A stretch of DNA of 32,000 bases from Mycoplana azooxidifex (GCF_014196765.1 NZ_JACIEE010000006.1:140963-172962), one strand, 5' to 3'; positions 1 through 13,489 are shown, counted from the stretch's first letter. The notes: a model not told the origin generated them from the sequence alone. Numbers and translations: made by a program.

Positions 1-27
1 TGGAGGGCGCGATGATCGTTCTTCTGC

Positions 28-966
28 TCATGATGCGCTCTCCACTTGGCTCGCTTCGTTGCTGAAAATGCGGCTGGCCCTGATGTCGGCGGCGACGATG
101 GTCGACAGCGTATCGGCATCGATCGGCCCGTTGGACGTCTCGAACAGCCGGTTTGCCTGGCGCAGGCGCGCACGGTCGAGCGCGTTGCGGATGGAACGCG
201 CATTGGCGAAATGCGGCTGGCGGCGGCGAAGCGCGATATATTGCTCCATGGCAGCCCGTCCTTCGTCATCGAATCCGTAGTTCTGCTTTTCGAGCATCAC
301 CTCTGAGATCGCGAGCAACTCGTCGTCGGCATAATCCGGAAAGTCGATATGGTGGGCGATGCGGGAACGAAATCCCGGATTGCTCTCGAAGAACCGCTCC
401 ATCCGGTCGGCGTAGCCCGCCAGGATGACGACGAAGTCATCGCGTTGATTCTCCATGACCTGCAGGAGGATTTCGATGGCTTCCTGACCGTAGTCGCGCT
501 CGTTTTCCTGCCTGTGGAGATAGTAGGCCTCGTCGATGAAAAGGACGCCACCCATCGCCTTCTTCAGGATCTCCTTCGTCTTCGGGGCGGTATGGCCGAT
601 ATATTGCCCCACCAGGTCGTCGCGCGTCACCGAGACCAGATGCCCCTTGCGGATATAACCGAGGCGGTGGAGCAGATCGGCCATGCGCAAGGCGACGGTC
701 GTCTTTCCCGTTCCCGGATTGCCGCTGAAGCACATGTGCAGCGTCGGCGTTTCATGGGCGAGGCCGAGACGCTTGCGCGCGCGCTCGACCAGCAACAATG
801 CCGCAGTCTCCTTGATCCGCTGCTTGACCGGTTTGAGACCGATGAGCGTACGGTCGAGCTCGTCCAGCACATCCTTGACACCGGACAAGGCATACCCTGC
901 CTTGAGGTCGATGGCGGAGAGCCTCTCGTCATCGACCTGCGGCCTGATGGGTTCCGCCTCAGCCAT
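28..966 (-). CDS. cbbX: CbbX, AAA+ (red-type) RuBisCO activase
   Basis: Walker [10 protein letters not shown], Walker B LFIDEAY and a CbbX-like AAA+ core, located directly after cbbLS. Start trimmed from 1155 to ATG 966-964 ([10 protein letters not shown]...). The upstream 63 codons are Ser/Pro/Arg-rich and run through cbbS. ATG 966 gives an ATGGCTGA overlap with the cbbS stop (959-961). Confidence 0.93.
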   Translation of the reverse strand: MAEAEPIRPQVDDERLSAIDLKAGYALSGVKDVLDELDRTLIGLKPVKQRIKETAALLLVERARKRLGLAHETPTLHMCFSGNPGTGKTTVALRMADLLHRLGYIRKGHLVSVTRDDLVGQYIGHTAPKTKEILKKAMGGVLFIDEAYYLHRQENERDYGQEAIEILLQVMENQRDDFVVILAGYADRMERFFESNPGFRSRIAHHIDFPDYADDELLAISEVMLEKQNYGFDDEGRAAMEQYIALRRRQPHFANARSIRNALDRARLRQANRLFETSNGPIDADTLSTIVAADIRASRIFSNEASQVESAS

Positions 967-1378
967 AACGCTCCCCCGACGGCCTGTCCGCCGCATAGGA
1001 GCGCGTGGTGTAGCGGATCTCCCTGCCGGCCGCCTCCTGCCGTTCCAACCGGAAGCCCGGCTCTGCCGCGGGTCGGTTGACGATGAAGGAGAGGCGGACG
1101 GACTCCCACCCGTGGCTGCTGTCGAAGGCGACGAGGCGGATATACCGGTCGCCATAGACCTTGCGGCACCCCTTCAGTTCCATCATCAACGCGGCTGCGT
1201 CGGGATTGTCGAACATCGGATGGCCCCACATGTCCCAGTAGGTATTGCGGGGATGAGGATCGTCCGTGAATTCGAGACTCACGGCCCAGCCCTTGTCGAT
1301 GCAGTACTGCACCTGCCTGGCGATCTGATCGTCCGTCAGTGGTGGCAGGAACGAGAATGCTCCCTGGGTGATGTGCAT
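959..1378 (-). CDS. cbbS: RuBisCO small subunit (form I, red-type/IC-like)
   Basis: 139 aa containing [10 protein letters not shown] and a C-terminal extension typical of red-type small subunits. SD AGGAGA lies 6 nt before ATG 1378. Immediately downstream of cbbL. Confidence 0.96.
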   Translation of the reverse strand: MHITQGAFSFLPPLTDDQIARQVQYCIDKGWAVSLEFTDDPHPRNTYWDMWGHPMFDNPDAAALMMELKGCRKVYGDRYIRLVAFDSSHGWESVRLSFIVNRPAAEPGFRLERQEAAGREIRYTTRSYAADRPSGERYG

Positions 1379-1388
1379 GTCGCTTCTC

Positions 1389-3964
<2,576 letters not shown>

Positions 3965-3991
3965 GGGCCTGCTCCTTTCCTACCGATCGGT

Positions 3992-6022
3992 TCAGTCTTT
4001 GCCCGATGCCCGGGCGACGAGTTCGAGCGCCGTTTCCACGACAGCCCCGGCGGTGATTCCGAAATGCTCGTAGAGGCCGGCGGCCGGCGCGCTGGCGCCA
4101 AAACCTGTCATGCCGATGAAGACGCCGTCCTCGCCGAGATACCGATCCCAGCCGAGACGGACGGCCGCCTCGATGCCGATCCTGGGCGCCGTTCCGAGGA
4201 TAGCCTTGCGATAGTCGAGCGGTTGCCGCTCGAAGAGCTCCCAGCAGGGCATGGACACCACCGCCGCGCCGATGCCGTGTTCGGACAGGAGCGCATCGGC
4301 GGCGGCGCAGGCGATTTCGACCTCGGAACCGGTTGCGAGCAGGGTGACGGACGGCGGCTCCGAGGTCGCGCGCAGCACATAAGCTCCACGCGCAGAAAGG
4401 TTTTCTTCGCTGTCGGCCGAGCGGCCCATCGGCAGGTTCTGGCGCGACAACACGAGAAGGCTCGGACGATCACGGTCCTTCAGGGCCAGCTCCCAGCATT
4501 CCGCCGTCTCGACGATGTCGCAGGGGCGGAAGACGTTGAGGTTGGGCGTCGCTCGCAGCATCGCCAGATGCTCGACGGGCTGATGGGTCGGTCCGTCCTC
4601 TCCAAGCCCGATCGAGTCATGCGTCATGACGTAGATCACCTGCTGCCCCATCAGCGCCGACAGGCGGATCGCTCCGCGGGCATAGTCGGAGAAGACGAGG
4701 AAGGTGCCGCCGTAGGGAATGAAGCCGCCATGCAGGGCGAGGCCGTTCATCGCAGCCGCCATTGCGTGCTCGCGGATGCCGTAATGAATATAGCGGCCGG
4801 CATAGCTCCCCGGCCTGATCGCTTCCATGCCCGCCGTGAGCGTCAGGTTGGAATGGGTCAGGTCCGCCGAGCCACCGATCGTCAGATCGGTCGCGGCGTT
4901 GATGACGCCAAGCACCATCTCCGAAGCCTTGCGGGTCGCGACCTTCGTCGCGCTTTCCCGATGCTGCCTACGGAACTCGGCAAGCGCGCCGAACAGCGAG
5001 GCCGGAATCTCCCGGTCAATGGTCTCCAGGAACGCCGCGCCCTCCGGAGCAGCGGCAACCCGGTTGAGCCATGTGCGCCGTTCCGCCGCTCCACGCGCAG
5101 CAGCGTCGCTCCACCGCTCCAGAATGGCCTCGGGAACCTCGAACGGTGCGTGATCCCATCCCAATTCCCGTTTCGCAGCCGCGACTTCACTTTCGCCGAG
5201 CGGCGCTCCGTGGGTCTTTTCCGACCCCTGCAGATTGGGTGCGCCCTTGCCGATGATCGTCCGGCAGGAAATGAGTGATGGCTTGCTCGAAGCCCTTGCC
5301 CGGGAAATCGCCTGGCCGATCGCATCGAAATCGTGCCCGTCGATCTCCTGCACGTCGAAGCCTGCCGCCTCGAAACGTGCGAGTTGGTTCATCGACGTCG
5401 AGAGGCTGGTGGGACCGTCGATCGAGATGGAATTGTTGTCCCAGAGCACGATCAGCCGCGACAGCTTCAGATGGCCGGCAAGGTCGATCGCTTCGTGGCT
5501 GATCCCCTCTTGCAGGCAGCCGTCGCCGGCGATGACATAGGTGTAGTGATCGACGAGCCCGTCGCCATGGCGTGCATTGGCGATCCGTTCTGCGAGCGCC
5601 ATGCCGACAGCCGTGGCGATGCCCTGCCCCAACGGGCCGGTCGTCGTCTCGATGCCGAGTGCGTGGCCGTATTCCGGATGGCCGGCGGTCCTGGCGCCGA
5701 GCTGACGGAACCGCCGCAGTTCCTCGACCGTCATGTCCTCATACCCGATCAGGTAGTGGAGGGCATATTGAAGCATCGAGCCGTGGCCGGCCGAAAGGAC
5801 GAAGCGATCGCGATCGGGCCATTCGGAATGGGACGGATCGATCTTGATGAAGCGGCCGAACAGAACTGTGGCGACATCCGCCATGCCCATCGGCATGCCC
5901 GGATGGCCGGAATTGGCCTTTTGAACACCGTCCATGGCGAGCGCCCGGATCGCATTGGCCATGTCGGATTCCGTCACCGCTGCGGACGCGGCTTCTTCCT
6001 GTAGCTGAAGTTGCGAATTCAT
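3992..6022 (-). CDS. cbbT: Transketolase
   Basis: [13 protein letters not shown] and the TPP motif [13 protein letters not shown]. The ORF-track start at 6037 is a GTG. ATG 6022-6020 (MNSQLQ...) is preceded by GGAGGA at 8 nt and lies clear of the cbbP stop (6034-6036), so I use 6022. Confidence 0.94.
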   Translation of the reverse strand: MNSQLQLQEEAASAAVTESDMANAIRALAMDGVQKANSGHPGMPMGMADVATVLFGRFIKIDPSHSEWPDRDRFVLSAGHGSMLQYALHYLIGYEDMTVEELRRFRQLGARTAGHPEYGHALGIETTTGPLGQGIATAVGMALAERIANARHGDGLVDHYTYVIAGDGCLQEGISHEAIDLAGHLKLSRLIVLWDNNSISIDGPTSLSTSMNQLARFEAAGFDVQEIDGHDFDAIGQAISRARASSKPSLISCRTIIGKGAPNLQGSEKTHGAPLGESEVAAAKRELGWDHAPFEVPEAILERWSDAAARGAAERRTWLNRVAAAPEGAAFLETIDREIPASLFGALAEFRRQHRESATKVATRKASEMVLGVINAATDLTIGGSADLTHSNLTLTAGMEAIRPGSYAGRYIHYGIREHAMAAAMNGLALHGGFIPYGGTFLVFSDYARGAIRLSALMGQQVIYVMTHDSIGLGEDGPTHQPVEHLAMLRATPNLNVFRPCDIVETAECWELALKDRDRPSLLVLSRQNLPMGRSADSEENLSARGAYVLRATSEPPSVTLLATGSEVEIACAAADALLSEHGIGAAVVSMPCWELFERQPLDYRKAILGTAPRIGIEAAVRLGWDRYLGEDGVFIGMTGFGASAPAAGLYEHFGITAGAVVETALELVARASGKD

Positions 6023-6033
6023 TGCTTTCCTCC

Positions 6034-6906
6034 TCACGAGGCGCGGGTTTTACGTTCGATCAACTGCATGATCAGGGGTGTCAGGATCAGTTGCATGGCG
6101 AGATCGAGCTTGTTTCCCGGCACCACGATGGAGTTGGCGCGCGACATGAACGAGTTGTTGATCATCGACAGCAGGTAGGGAAAATCGATGCCGCGGGGCC
6201 TGGCGAAGCGGATGACCAGCATCGATTCGTCAGGGGTCGGAATCCAGCGCGCAATGAAGGGATTGGAGGTGTCGACGATCGGCACCCGCTGGAAATTGAT
6301 GTCCGTCTGCGTGAACTGGGGCGTGATGTAGCGGACATAGTCCGGCATGCGGCGCAGGATGACATCCATGACCGCCTCCGTGGAATAGCCGCGCGCCTCC
6401 CGGTCGCGATGGATTTTCTGGATCCATTCGAGATTGATGACGGGCACGACGCCGATCTTCAGATCGGCATGGCGGGCGAGGTTGACCTTGTCGGTCACCG
6501 CGCATCCGTGCAGCCCCTCATAGAAAAGCAGATCGCTCGGCCCAAAATCACGCCATTTCGTGAAGCTTCCCGGAGGGGCATCGTAGCGGGCGGCCTCCTG
6601 TTCGTCGTGGACGTAGGTGCGGGTGCGGCCGGTGCCGTTCCGGCCGTATTCCTCGAAGACGGATTCGAGGATTTCCAGCTCGTTGGCCTCGGCGTTGAAA
6701 TGGGTGAAGTTCGGATTGCCGTTCCGCTCCTCCTCGGCGACCTTCTCCTTCATGGCCTGCCGGTCGTAACGGTGAAACGCGTCGCCTTCGATGAAGGCCG
6801 CTTCGATCTGCTCGCGCCGGAAGATCTGCTCGAAGATGTTCTTGACCGAGGTGGTCCCGGCGCCGGACGAACCGGTAATCGAAATGATGGGATGCCTTGT
6901 CGACAT
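6034..6906 (-). CDS. cbbP: Phosphoribulokinase
   Basis: P-loop [12 protein letters not shown] and full-length PRK similarity. Start set to ATG 6906 (MSTRHPII...), with GGGGAG upstream. The longer ORF-track start would overlap the cbbF stop (6920-6922). Confidence 0.95.
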   Translation of the reverse strand: MSTRHPIISITGSSGAGTTSVKNIFEQIFRREQIEAAFIEGDAFHRYDRQAMKEKVAEEERNGNPNFTHFNAEANELEILESVFEEYGRNGTGRTRTYVHDEQEAARYDAPPGSFTKWRDFGPSDLLFYEGLHGCAVTDKVNLARHADLKIGVVPVINLEWIQKIHRDREARGYSTEAVMDVILRRMPDYVRYITPQFTQTDINFQRVPIVDTSNPFIARWIPTPDESMLVIRFARPRGIDFPYLLSMINNSFMSRANSIVVPGNKLDLAMQLILTPLIMQLIERKTRAS

Positions 6907-6919
6907 TGCCGTCTCCCCG

Positions 6920-7969
6920 TCAGGCCCTGAACAGACCACGGTTGCTGAAGAGCGGCGCCCGCTCGGCGATGTTGCTGGGTTCGGTATGGTAGCGACCGAT
7001 ACGTGCCACCTCCCGCGCCGAGCCGAAGACGAGGGGAACGCGCTGGTGCAGGCTCCGCGGCGTCAGGTCGAGGATGCGATTGATCGTGTCGGTGGCGGCC
7101 CCGCCTGCCTGCTCGATGAGGAAAGCGATCGGGTTGGCTTCGTAGACCAGCCGAAGCCGGCCTTCCGCATACCCCCTGCGGCTGTCGCCGGGATAGAGAT
7201 AAACACCGCCGCGAATGAGGATGCGGTAGGCGTCGGCGGCAACGGCCGCGACCCAGCGCATGTTGAATTCCCTCTCGCGCGGTCCCTCCGTCCCCTTCAG
7301 GCAATCATCGACGTAAAGCCGGACGGCCTCGTCCCAATGGCGGTAGTTGGCCGTATTGATCGCGAACTCCTGCGCCCGCGCCGGAATGACCAGGCCTCCG
7401 TGGGCCTGGACGAACACGCCGCCTGCCGAAGAAAAGACGAAGATGTGGGTGCCGCTGCCAACGCTCAGGACCAGCGCAAGCTGAGGACCATAGATGAAAA
7501 AACCGGCGGCGAGCTGGGCGTCTCCTCCCTGGAAGAAGGAGGCGCTGCGCTCGCCGACCGGATCGCCAGCCTTTGGGAGGATGGAGAAGATGGTCCCGAT
7601 CGGGGCGTTCGTGTCGATATTCGAGGAGCCGTCCAGCGGATCGACGGCGACGGCGAGCGGGGCCGCCGGATCGAGAAGAACAGCGTCCTCGAGCTCCTCG
7701 GAAGCGTAGAGGCAAACAGGCGCCTGCCGCATGGCATCGATGAAAAGCGCGTCGGCCAGGAGGTCGAGTTCCTTCGGAACATCGCCGCTCGGACCTGCAT
7801 GGCCGCGACCCTCGGCAACGGCCTTGCCGAGCGGACCTTGTTCGATGGTGCCGCACAAGGCGACGGCAGCAGAGGCCAGTCGCCGAACCGTGAGGCTGAC
7901 CGCTTCGCCGAGCGGTGCGCCGCTTCCGACGTGGGTATCCAAAAAGGCGTCTAGTGTCGGCGAAGTCAT
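6920..7969 (-). CDS. cbbF: Fructose-1,6-bisphosphatase class I (FBPase/SBPase)
   Basis: 349 aa with the metal-site motif DPLDGSSNID. SD GGGAGG lies 6 nt before ATG 7969. First gene of the operon, divergent from cbbR. Confidence 0.95.
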   Translation of the reverse strand: MTSPTLDAFLDTHVGSGAPLGEAVSLTVRRLASAAVALCGTIEQGPLGKAVAEGRGHAGPSGDVPKELDLLADALFIDAMRQAPVCLYASEELEDAVLLDPAAPLAVAVDPLDGSSNIDTNAPIGTIFSILPKAGDPVGERSASFFQGGDAQLAAGFFIYGPQLALVLSVGSGTHIFVFSSAGGVFVQAHGGLVIPARAQEFAINTANYRHWDEAVRLYVDDCLKGTEGPREREFNMRWVAAVAADAYRILIRGGVYLYPGDSRRGYAEGRLRLVYEANPIAFLIEQAGGAATDTINRILDLTPRSLHQRVPLVFGSAREVARIGRYHTEPSNIAERAPLFSNRGLFRA

Positions 7970-8089
7970 GGCCTACCTCCCTGCCCGCTCCTCACTGCCT
8001 CGGACATGGCGGGCATCGAACCAAGAAACCGAGGCTAAGTAAAATTTAATCTGTTTACGGGCCTCATAAATATCCTTAAGTTGGCATTC
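7970..8089. promoter_or_regulatory. cbbR-cbbF divergent control region
   Basis: 120-bp spacer between divergent start codons. Its 8036-8080 part is markedly AT-rich in a GC-rich window. By analogy with other cbb operons, the cbb and cbbR promoters and the CbbR operator are expected here. Confidence 0.6.
8036..8048. promoter_or_regulatory. Candidate CbbR/LysR box (TAA-N7-TTA, i.e. T-N11-A)
   Basis: TAAgtaaaatTTA fits the LysR T-N11-A / CbbR TNA-N7-TNA pattern. A nearby ATTTA (8044-8048) ... TAAAT (8067-8071) inverted pair is also present. This is a motif match only. Confidence 0.35.
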
Positions 8090-9034
8090 ATGAGAAACCT
8101 GACGCTCAGGCATCTGCGTGCGACGCAGGAAATCGGCAAGCAGGGGACGATCGTCCGGGCCGCCAACGTCCTGGGGCTCACGCCCTCTGCCGTCACCATC
8201 CAGCTCAAGCAGATCGAGGCGGATGCCGGAATCATCCTTTTCGACCGGACCAACGATGGTGTGCGTCCGACGGCGGCGGGCCTCGCCTTCATCGAAGCGG
8301 CTCGCTCGATCGAGGAGAGGCTGCGCCAGTTGGACGACGAGATCGACGCCATCAAGGAAGTGCGTAGCGGTTCGCTCGCGCTCGGCGTCGTCTCGACGGC
8401 GAAGTATTTCGCACCAAACCTGATGGCGACCTTCCGCAAGAGCCATCCCGGCATCGCCGTTTCGCTTTCGATTGGCAACCGGGCGGAGATTGTGGCGAAG
8501 CTGAAGAACCACGACGTGGACATCGCGCTGATGGGGCGCCCGCCCAAGGACATGCCGCTGCATTCGGCGGTGTTCGGGGACCATCCGCTGGTGATGATCG
8601 CCCCGCCGGATCATCCCCTGGCCAAGAAGCACGACATCACCAAGGAGGAGATCGCCAGGGAACATTTCCTCGTTCGCGAGCCCGGATCGGGCACGCGCAT
8701 ATCGCTGGAGATCTTTCTGGGGGAGATTCCGGGCCGGATCGACGATCTGGGCACCGAGATGTCGTCGAACGAGACGATCAAGCAGGCCGTCATGGCGGAC
8801 CTCGGCATAGCCTTCATCTCGGCGCATACCATCGCCATGGAACTGGAGTTCGGCAAACTCGTCACCCTGGATGTCATCGGCATGCCGATCCGCAGGCAAT
8901 GGTTTTCGGTGATGCGAACGGACAGGACCGTCTCTCCCGCCATGAACACCTTTCAGGTCTTTCTGCGGGAGAGAGGGGCTCAATGCCTACCCTTCTTCGA
9001 CAAGCTTTATCCGATGCTGCAGCAGCCCCGCTGA
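8090..9034 (+). CDS. cbbR: LysR-family transcriptional activator of the cbb operon
   Basis: N-terminal wHTH (TIVRAANVLGLTPSAVTIQLKQIE) plus a LysR substrate-binding domain, divergent from cbbF. The ORF-track start at 8081 is TTG. ATG 8090 gives MRNLTLRHL, the usual LysR N-terminal spacing. Confidence 0.9.
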   Translation: MRNLTLRHLRATQEIGKQGTIVRAANVLGLTPSAVTIQLKQIEADAGIILFDRTNDGVRPTAAGLAFIEAARSIEERLRQLDDEIDAIKEVRSGSLALGVVSTAKYFAPNLMATFRKSHPGIAVSLSIGNRAEIVAKLKNHDVDIALMGRPPKDMPLHSAVFGDHPLVMIAPPDHPLAKKHDITKEEIAREHFLVREPGSGTRISLEIFLGEIPGRIDDLGTEMSSNETIKQAVMADLGIAFISAHTIAMELEFGKLVTLDVIGMPIRRQWFSVMRTDRTVSPAMNTFQVFLRERGAQCLPFFDKLYPMLQQPR

Positions 9035-9070
9035 CGATCGTCGCTCGACCTCGAACCGGGCAATCACGGC

Positions 9071-9883
9071 TCAACCTCGCGCAAACATGATCTCACCCTT
9101 GCCCAGCACGGCATTGTCCCCGCCGAAGCGGAACGGCCTTGGGCCAAGCAGCGGCCGGTCGAGGATCCCCTCCTCCATCAGATAGCGATCGAACAGGGCC
9201 GGAAAGGCGATCTCGACACGACCACAGTCGACGAAGGTGGGAGAAAGTTCGGCGGGCTTCAGATCGAACAGAAGCGACCCGCGTTTCATCAGGTGACCGG
9301 GATAGCGGCCGACGCGGCCGGTAGCGACGATCGTGCCGGCAATCATGCCGAGACCTGCATGGTCGCCGCATCCCTTCAACAGCGCGATGATCCCTCGCCG
9401 CATCCTCTCGCCGGCACGATCGCCGGCCTTGCCGCGCACGATGACCAGGCCTCCGGACATGCCGTGGATCTCTCCCGCCATCGGTCCGCCGACGCCCTCG
9501 CCGGCATCGCCGTCGATTTCGATGCGCCCGTTCTTCATGCTGGAGCCGGCCTGCACTCCCGCCTTGCCTTCGATCTTCAGCAAGCCGCCGGCCATGCGGC
9601 GGCCGGCGCGGGCTCCGACATCGCCGGCGACGCGGATCCGCCCGGCCGTCATTTCCGTTCCGACGCGGTCGAAACGCCCGCTGCCGCCGGAAAAGACGAT
9701 GTTGGAGGCGTCCGTCCCCGTGATCTTGAAAATATCCCCCGCCGCGACTGGGCGCCGGCTGGTTCCGACCCGCAGTTTCGCGATTTCTGCAGGCGTCATC
9801 CCGGCAAGCCTGTCGGGGGTCAGCCCCGACAGGTCGAGCCTTTCCTCCGGCTCGTTCCGCAAGGTGAAGGTCAGCGGCGTCAT
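9071..9883 (-). CDS. fhcC: Formyltransferase/hydrolase complex subunit C (FwdC/FmdC-like beta-helix)
   Basis: 270 aa with repeated Gly-rich beta-helix units (GDxAGxxMxxGxIxIxG). ATG 9883-9881 overlaps the fhcD stop (ATGA). The 664-aa ORF-track entry is this gene plus an out-of-frame run through fhcD. Confidence 0.9.
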   Translation of the reverse strand: MTPLTFTLRNEPEERLDLSGLTPDRLAGMTPAEIAKLRVGTSRRPVAAGDIFKITGTDASNIVFSGGSGRFDRVGTEMTAGRIRVAGDVGARAGRRMAGGLLKIEGKAGVQAGSSMKNGRIEIDGDAGEGVGGPMAGEIHGMSGGLVIVRGKAGDRAGERMRRGIIALLKGCGDHAGLGMIAGTIVATGRVGRYPGHLMKRGSLLFDLKPAELSPTFVDCGRVEIAFPALFDRYLMEEGILDRPLLGPRPFRFGGDNAVLGKGEIMFARG

Positions 9884-10788
9884 GGCAGGAGGTCCTTCAG
9901 GTGATAGTGGAACTTGCCGAGCTTGCCGCCGTAGTTTCCCGCGCTGATGCGCAAGGCGCCGCGCCTGGGTCCGAGATCGATGACGGCCTTCAGCCCCGCC
10001 CGCATGGCCGCAGCCACCGCGTCGTTCGTCTCGCCGTCGATCACGACCTCCAGGACCGCGTTGATGTCCGGACCGAGCGCGCTCTTGACGACCCCGCGCA
10101 GCGTCGGCGCATAGGCGTCGTTGGTCGAAGCCATCATGCCCTTGTACTTGCCGCCGACCTTCGAGCCGGACCGCACGATGCCGCCGGGGAACGGCATGAT
10201 GGCGCCGGGGACCTTCTCGATCGCCGCCACCGCGCGCTCGGCAGCCGCCAGCGCCTTTCCGGCATCGGCAGCGAGCAGGAGGAAGTTTCCTCCGCCGACC
10301 GCCTCCTTCGTCAGGCCGGTCTTCGCCTCGCACAGGAATTCGCCGTCCATGACCGGCACGCGCCAGTAGTGCTTGCCGCCGAACTTCTTGGAGACCTGCC
10401 AGCCGTCGCCGAAATAGCGCAGCGACGATCCGAGATCGAGCGACGCGCTTCCCTGAAGTCCTGCGAAACAGGCGCTGCCGGGCGAAGTGAGCACGCATTG
10501 GCCCAATCTGGTCTTCAACTGCTTCTGCAACTCGTCCGTTCCCATGGCGAAGATCATCACCCGGCAGCCCGGACGGCCGTCCGGCGTCTTCGAGGCGGGG
10601 ATGTCGATATCGATGGCGGCCTCGCAGCCGCAGCCGATGACCGAGGTGGCAAAGCCGGTCATGGTGATTGCCGCCTGGCGCGCCCATTTCAGCGTCGGCG
10701 CCGTGATGATGATCGCGGTCGCACGCATGCCGAACGCCTCCGCGAAGGTGTCGTCGATCGTAATGCCGTTGCGTGTCAGCTCCTGCAT
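9880..10788 (-). CDS. fhcD: Formylmethanofuran:H4MPT formyltransferase (Ftr homolog)
   Basis: 302 aa, Ftr-like along the full length (MQELTRNGITIDDTFAEAFGM...). ATG 10788 lies 13 nt inside the end of fhcA. Confidence 0.9.
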   Translation of the reverse strand: MQELTRNGITIDDTFAEAFGMRATAIIITAPTLKWARQAAITMTGFATSVIGCGCEAAIDIDIPASKTPDGRPGCRVMIFAMGTDELQKQLKTRLGQCVLTSPGSACFAGLQGSASLDLGSSLRYFGDGWQVSKKFGGKHYWRVPVMDGEFLCEAKTGLTKEAVGGGNFLLLAADAGKALAAAERAVAAIEKVPGAIMPFPGGIVRSGSKVGGKYKGMMASTNDAYAPTLRGVVKSALGPDINAVLEVVIDGETNDAVAAAMRAGLKAVIDLGPRRGALRISAGNYGGKLGKFHYHLKDLLP

Positions 10789-12407
10789 GCGACCTCCGCA
10801 AAGGGGTTCTCGCGGGAAATCGCCGTTTCCTGGAACGTGAACCAGTCGAGCGACAGCCCGTAGCGATCCTCGTGATAGGCCTGCATGCGCCTGACGATCC
10901 CCTTGTCTGGAGGCGGATTGAGGCGCAGCGTCTTTCCCCAGCGATAGTGCGTGACGACGCCGTCCTCGACGACCAGATCGCCGTTCTTGAACACCAGAGC
11001 GGCGTCGGCGAACATCTTGCGGACGTCCTGCCCCTTCCGGTAGACGGCGATATCGGCGATCGCACCGGGGCCGAGATGACCGCGGTCGTCGAGCCCGAGC
11101 AGCTTTGCCGGCGCCGCTCGCGTCATGACGGCGATCTCGTCGAGCGAGTATTCGCGAGAGATGGAGGCAAGCGTGGTCAGCTCCAGCGCGGACTGGTCGA
11201 GCTCGGCCATCTTCGCGTCGCGGGCATCGCGGCGCATCAGCAACTCGAACAGGTCCGGATAGGCCGTGAAGGGTGCGCCGTTCGGATGGTCGGTGGTGAA
11301 GAAGACCCGCCACGGGTCGTTGATCAGCAGGAACAGTTCCAGCCCCACCGCCCATTGCAGCGAGCCATAATAGTCCGGGCGATAGCGATAGGGCACGATG
11401 CCGCCGCCATTGCCGTCGCCGTCGATGAGGATGGACTTCTTCGGGTTGGCGGTGCGCATTCCCGAATATTGCCGCGTGACGTCCGAGGAGATCGTCACGG
11501 TCTGGCCGAACATCACCTGGCCGACGTCGATCGTCACATCCGCATTTCCGTTGACCAGTTCGGCGAGACGGGCCGCCTCGGACGAGAAGCCGCGCTTGCC
11601 TTCGGTGCCATAGCCGTAGAACTGCAGATGGGCGAGATGAAGCGGGCGGCCGTCCGCCGCGCGGATCGTCTCGGCTGCCGTCGTGGCATTGCCCGCGATA
11701 CCGAGGTTGTTGGCATGGACATGGAGGGGATGGGGAACGCCGAGGCGGCCGACGGAGGCCTGCAGCGTCTCGACGATCGTGCGGGAGCTGACCCCGTAGG
11801 ACGGAACGACATCGTCGAAGGAGAAGCGGCGGACGTTCTCCTTGAAGGCGGCCGCAGCACCGGCGTTGATGACCTTCACGCCAAGCGCCCTCGATGACGA
11901 CACGGTCCAGGCCACGTAGTCGTCGATCATGGCCGGCGAGGCGTTGTCGCGGATCATCGACAGGAGGAAATCATCGTTGCCGAGGATCGCGAGCGTCGCC
12001 TTGTCGATGATCGGAATGTCGGCAAGCTCCATGTGGGTATGAAGAGCGCTCGATGGAGACATGGCCGGCTCGACCACGGTTGTGAACCCCATCTTCGCGT
12101 AGAGGCAGCCGGTGTTGAAGGTCGACCATCCGGCATTCGACAGCGGCGTATTCAGCGGGCGCCTGAGATGGGCGGCATGCTGCTCCGGCAGCAGGAGCCG
12201 CGCCGTATTCACGTTGCCGCCGCCGATATGGGAGTGGATGTCGATCGCACCGGCCATGACGAAGCAGCCGGAAACGTCATAGGTCTTGTCCGCCCGCTTC
12301 GAGACCGGCTTGTCTACGATGACGCCGTCCTTGATCCAGACATCGCGCCTGCCGGCCAGGCCATTGACGGGATCCACCACCTCTCCACCGGCAAGACGGA
12401 TCAGCAT
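10776..12407 (-). CDS. fhcA: Formyltransferase/hydrolase complex subunit A (FwdA-like amidohydrolase)
   Basis: 543 aa with the amidohydrolase metal motif AIDIHSHIGG and FwdA-like length. The start overlaps the fhcB stop (ATGCTGA). Confidence 0.92.
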   Translation of the reverse strand: MLIRLAGGEVVDPVNGLAGRRDVWIKDGVIVDKPVSKRADKTYDVSGCFVMAGAIDIHSHIGGGNVNTARLLLPEQHAAHLRRPLNTPLSNAGWSTFNTGCLYAKMGFTTVVEPAMSPSSALHTHMELADIPIIDKATLAILGNDDFLLSMIRDNASPAMIDDYVAWTVSSSRALGVKVINAGAAAAFKENVRRFSFDDVVPSYGVSSRTIVETLQASVGRLGVPHPLHVHANNLGIAGNATTAAETIRAADGRPLHLAHLQFYGYGTEGKRGFSSEAARLAELVNGNADVTIDVGQVMFGQTVTISSDVTRQYSGMRTANPKKSILIDGDGNGGGIVPYRYRPDYYGSLQWAVGLELFLLINDPWRVFFTTDHPNGAPFTAYPDLFELLMRRDARDAKMAELDQSALELTTLASISREYSLDEIAVMTRAAPAKLLGLDDRGHLGPGAIADIAVYRKGQDVRKMFADAALVFKNGDLVVEDGVVTHYRWGKTLRLNPPPDKGIVRRMQAYHEDRYGLSLDWFTFQETAISRENPFAEVACRS

Positions 12408-13489
12408 GGCATGTCCTTGCCGGTAAGGGCATGCTGGAGATGGCTCACGATCGTGCGGACGCTGGGAAGATCGGAGGGCGTCGTCGCCGCAACGGATCGC
12501 AAGGTTCCGATGCGGCTCGCATAGACCACGCCGTCATGATCGAGGCCGGCCTTGCCGATCCGGATGGTGGCCGCGGCACCGGCGACCGGCCGCTCTCCCC
12601 TCACCAGCGCGATCGTCGGCGGGCCGCCGCGTCTGGCCGGCGGCGCCTCGTCGCGCTCCGAAACCCACAAGTGCAGGTCCGCCTCCTTCTGTGCAATCAT
12701 TCGGTCCACGTCGCAAAGCCAGGGGTCATAAACGGGCGAGCCGGTCGAAAAGCCGGTTCGCGGCGGGAAGCCCGTCATCCAGGTCGATGCCAGGACCATG
12801 CCCCAGGCATCGTCATCGGCAGGCAGGAAGAGAGCCGTCGCGCGCTGCGTCTTGTTGATGTCGGCCAGCATGCCCTGCAGCATCGCCAGGCTGGGGACAT
12901 CGGTGAGGTGCGAGCAGACGAAGACCGGAAAGCGGGCCTTCGCCATCGCGCTCAGGAAGGCATCGGCATTGGCGAGCGCGGCAGATGCCTTTCTCGCAGC
13001 CAGCGACGCCCTGAGGATCCCGAGCACTGCGTCAACGGGATAATCCGGCGAACCGACCTCGACAGCCTTCGGAAGCCGCAGTGGCCGCCCGCCGCCCGCA
13101 GACGCCGCCTTGCCGTTGATCTGAAACCAGCGCCGCCTGCCCCCGCCGGACAAGTCCGGCTTGCTGGCCGCAAGCGACAAAAGCAAATCGTGGTGGGCAG
13201 TCGGAAGGTCGCCACCGACAACGATGAGGTCGGCGCGGCGGCGTACCTCCGTCGCGGTCGCAAAGAAGCCGCCGATATCGGTGTGAAGCGCAACCTCGTG
13301 AACAAGATCGCGGCCATTCACGTGATCGTAGGTCGCCCCGACCCGCTCAGCCAGCGCGATCAGGCTGCGGCATCCATGGATATCCGAATCGAGGGAGAAT
13401 ACGGGGCAGCGGCTTGTCGCCAGAAGCTTTGCCACCTGCTCGATTGCTGCTGACAAAGGAACTGTCCGGCTGCCGATCCATGCAACCAT
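12401..13489 (-). CDS. fhcB: Formyltransferase/hydrolase complex subunit B (FwdB-like, no Cys-cluster motif visible)
   Basis: About 362 aa and FwdB/molybdopterin-oxidoreductase-like. It lacks an N-terminal CxxCxxxC cluster, as expected for the non-redox Fhc complex. I use ATG 13489, with GGAG upstream, rather than the adjacent GTG 13492. Confidence 0.85.
   Translation of the reverse strand: MVAWIGSRTVPLSAAIEQVAKLLATSRCPVFSLDSDIHGCRSLIALAERVGATYDHVNGRDLVHEVALHTDIGGFFATATEVRRRADLIVVGGDLPTAHHDLLLSLAASKPDLSGGGRRRWFQINGKAASAGGGRPLRLPKAVEVGSPDYPVDAVLGILRASLAARKASAALANADAFLSAMAKARFPVFVCSHLTDVPSLAMLQGMLADINKTQRATALFLPADDDAWGMVLASTWMTGFPPRTGFSTGSPVYDPWLCDVDRMIAQKEADLHLWVSERDEAPPARRGGPPTIALVRGERPVAGAAATIRIGKAGLDHDGVVYASRIGTLRSVAATTPSDLPSVRTIVSHLQHALTGKDMPC

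Noticed and set aside
9035-9070. Bidirectional terminator between the convergent cbbR and fhcC
   Set aside because: The 36-nt gap shows only trivial 3-4 bp complementarities, and no convincing stem-loop could be drawn.
9071-11065. 664-aa ORF-track entry that looks like one giant protein
   Set aside because: Only the C-terminal 270 aa (fhcC, from ATG 9883) are gene-like. The upstream part is an Arg/Gly/Pro-rich out-of-frame read through fhcD, which has its own clean Ftr-like frame (9880-10788).
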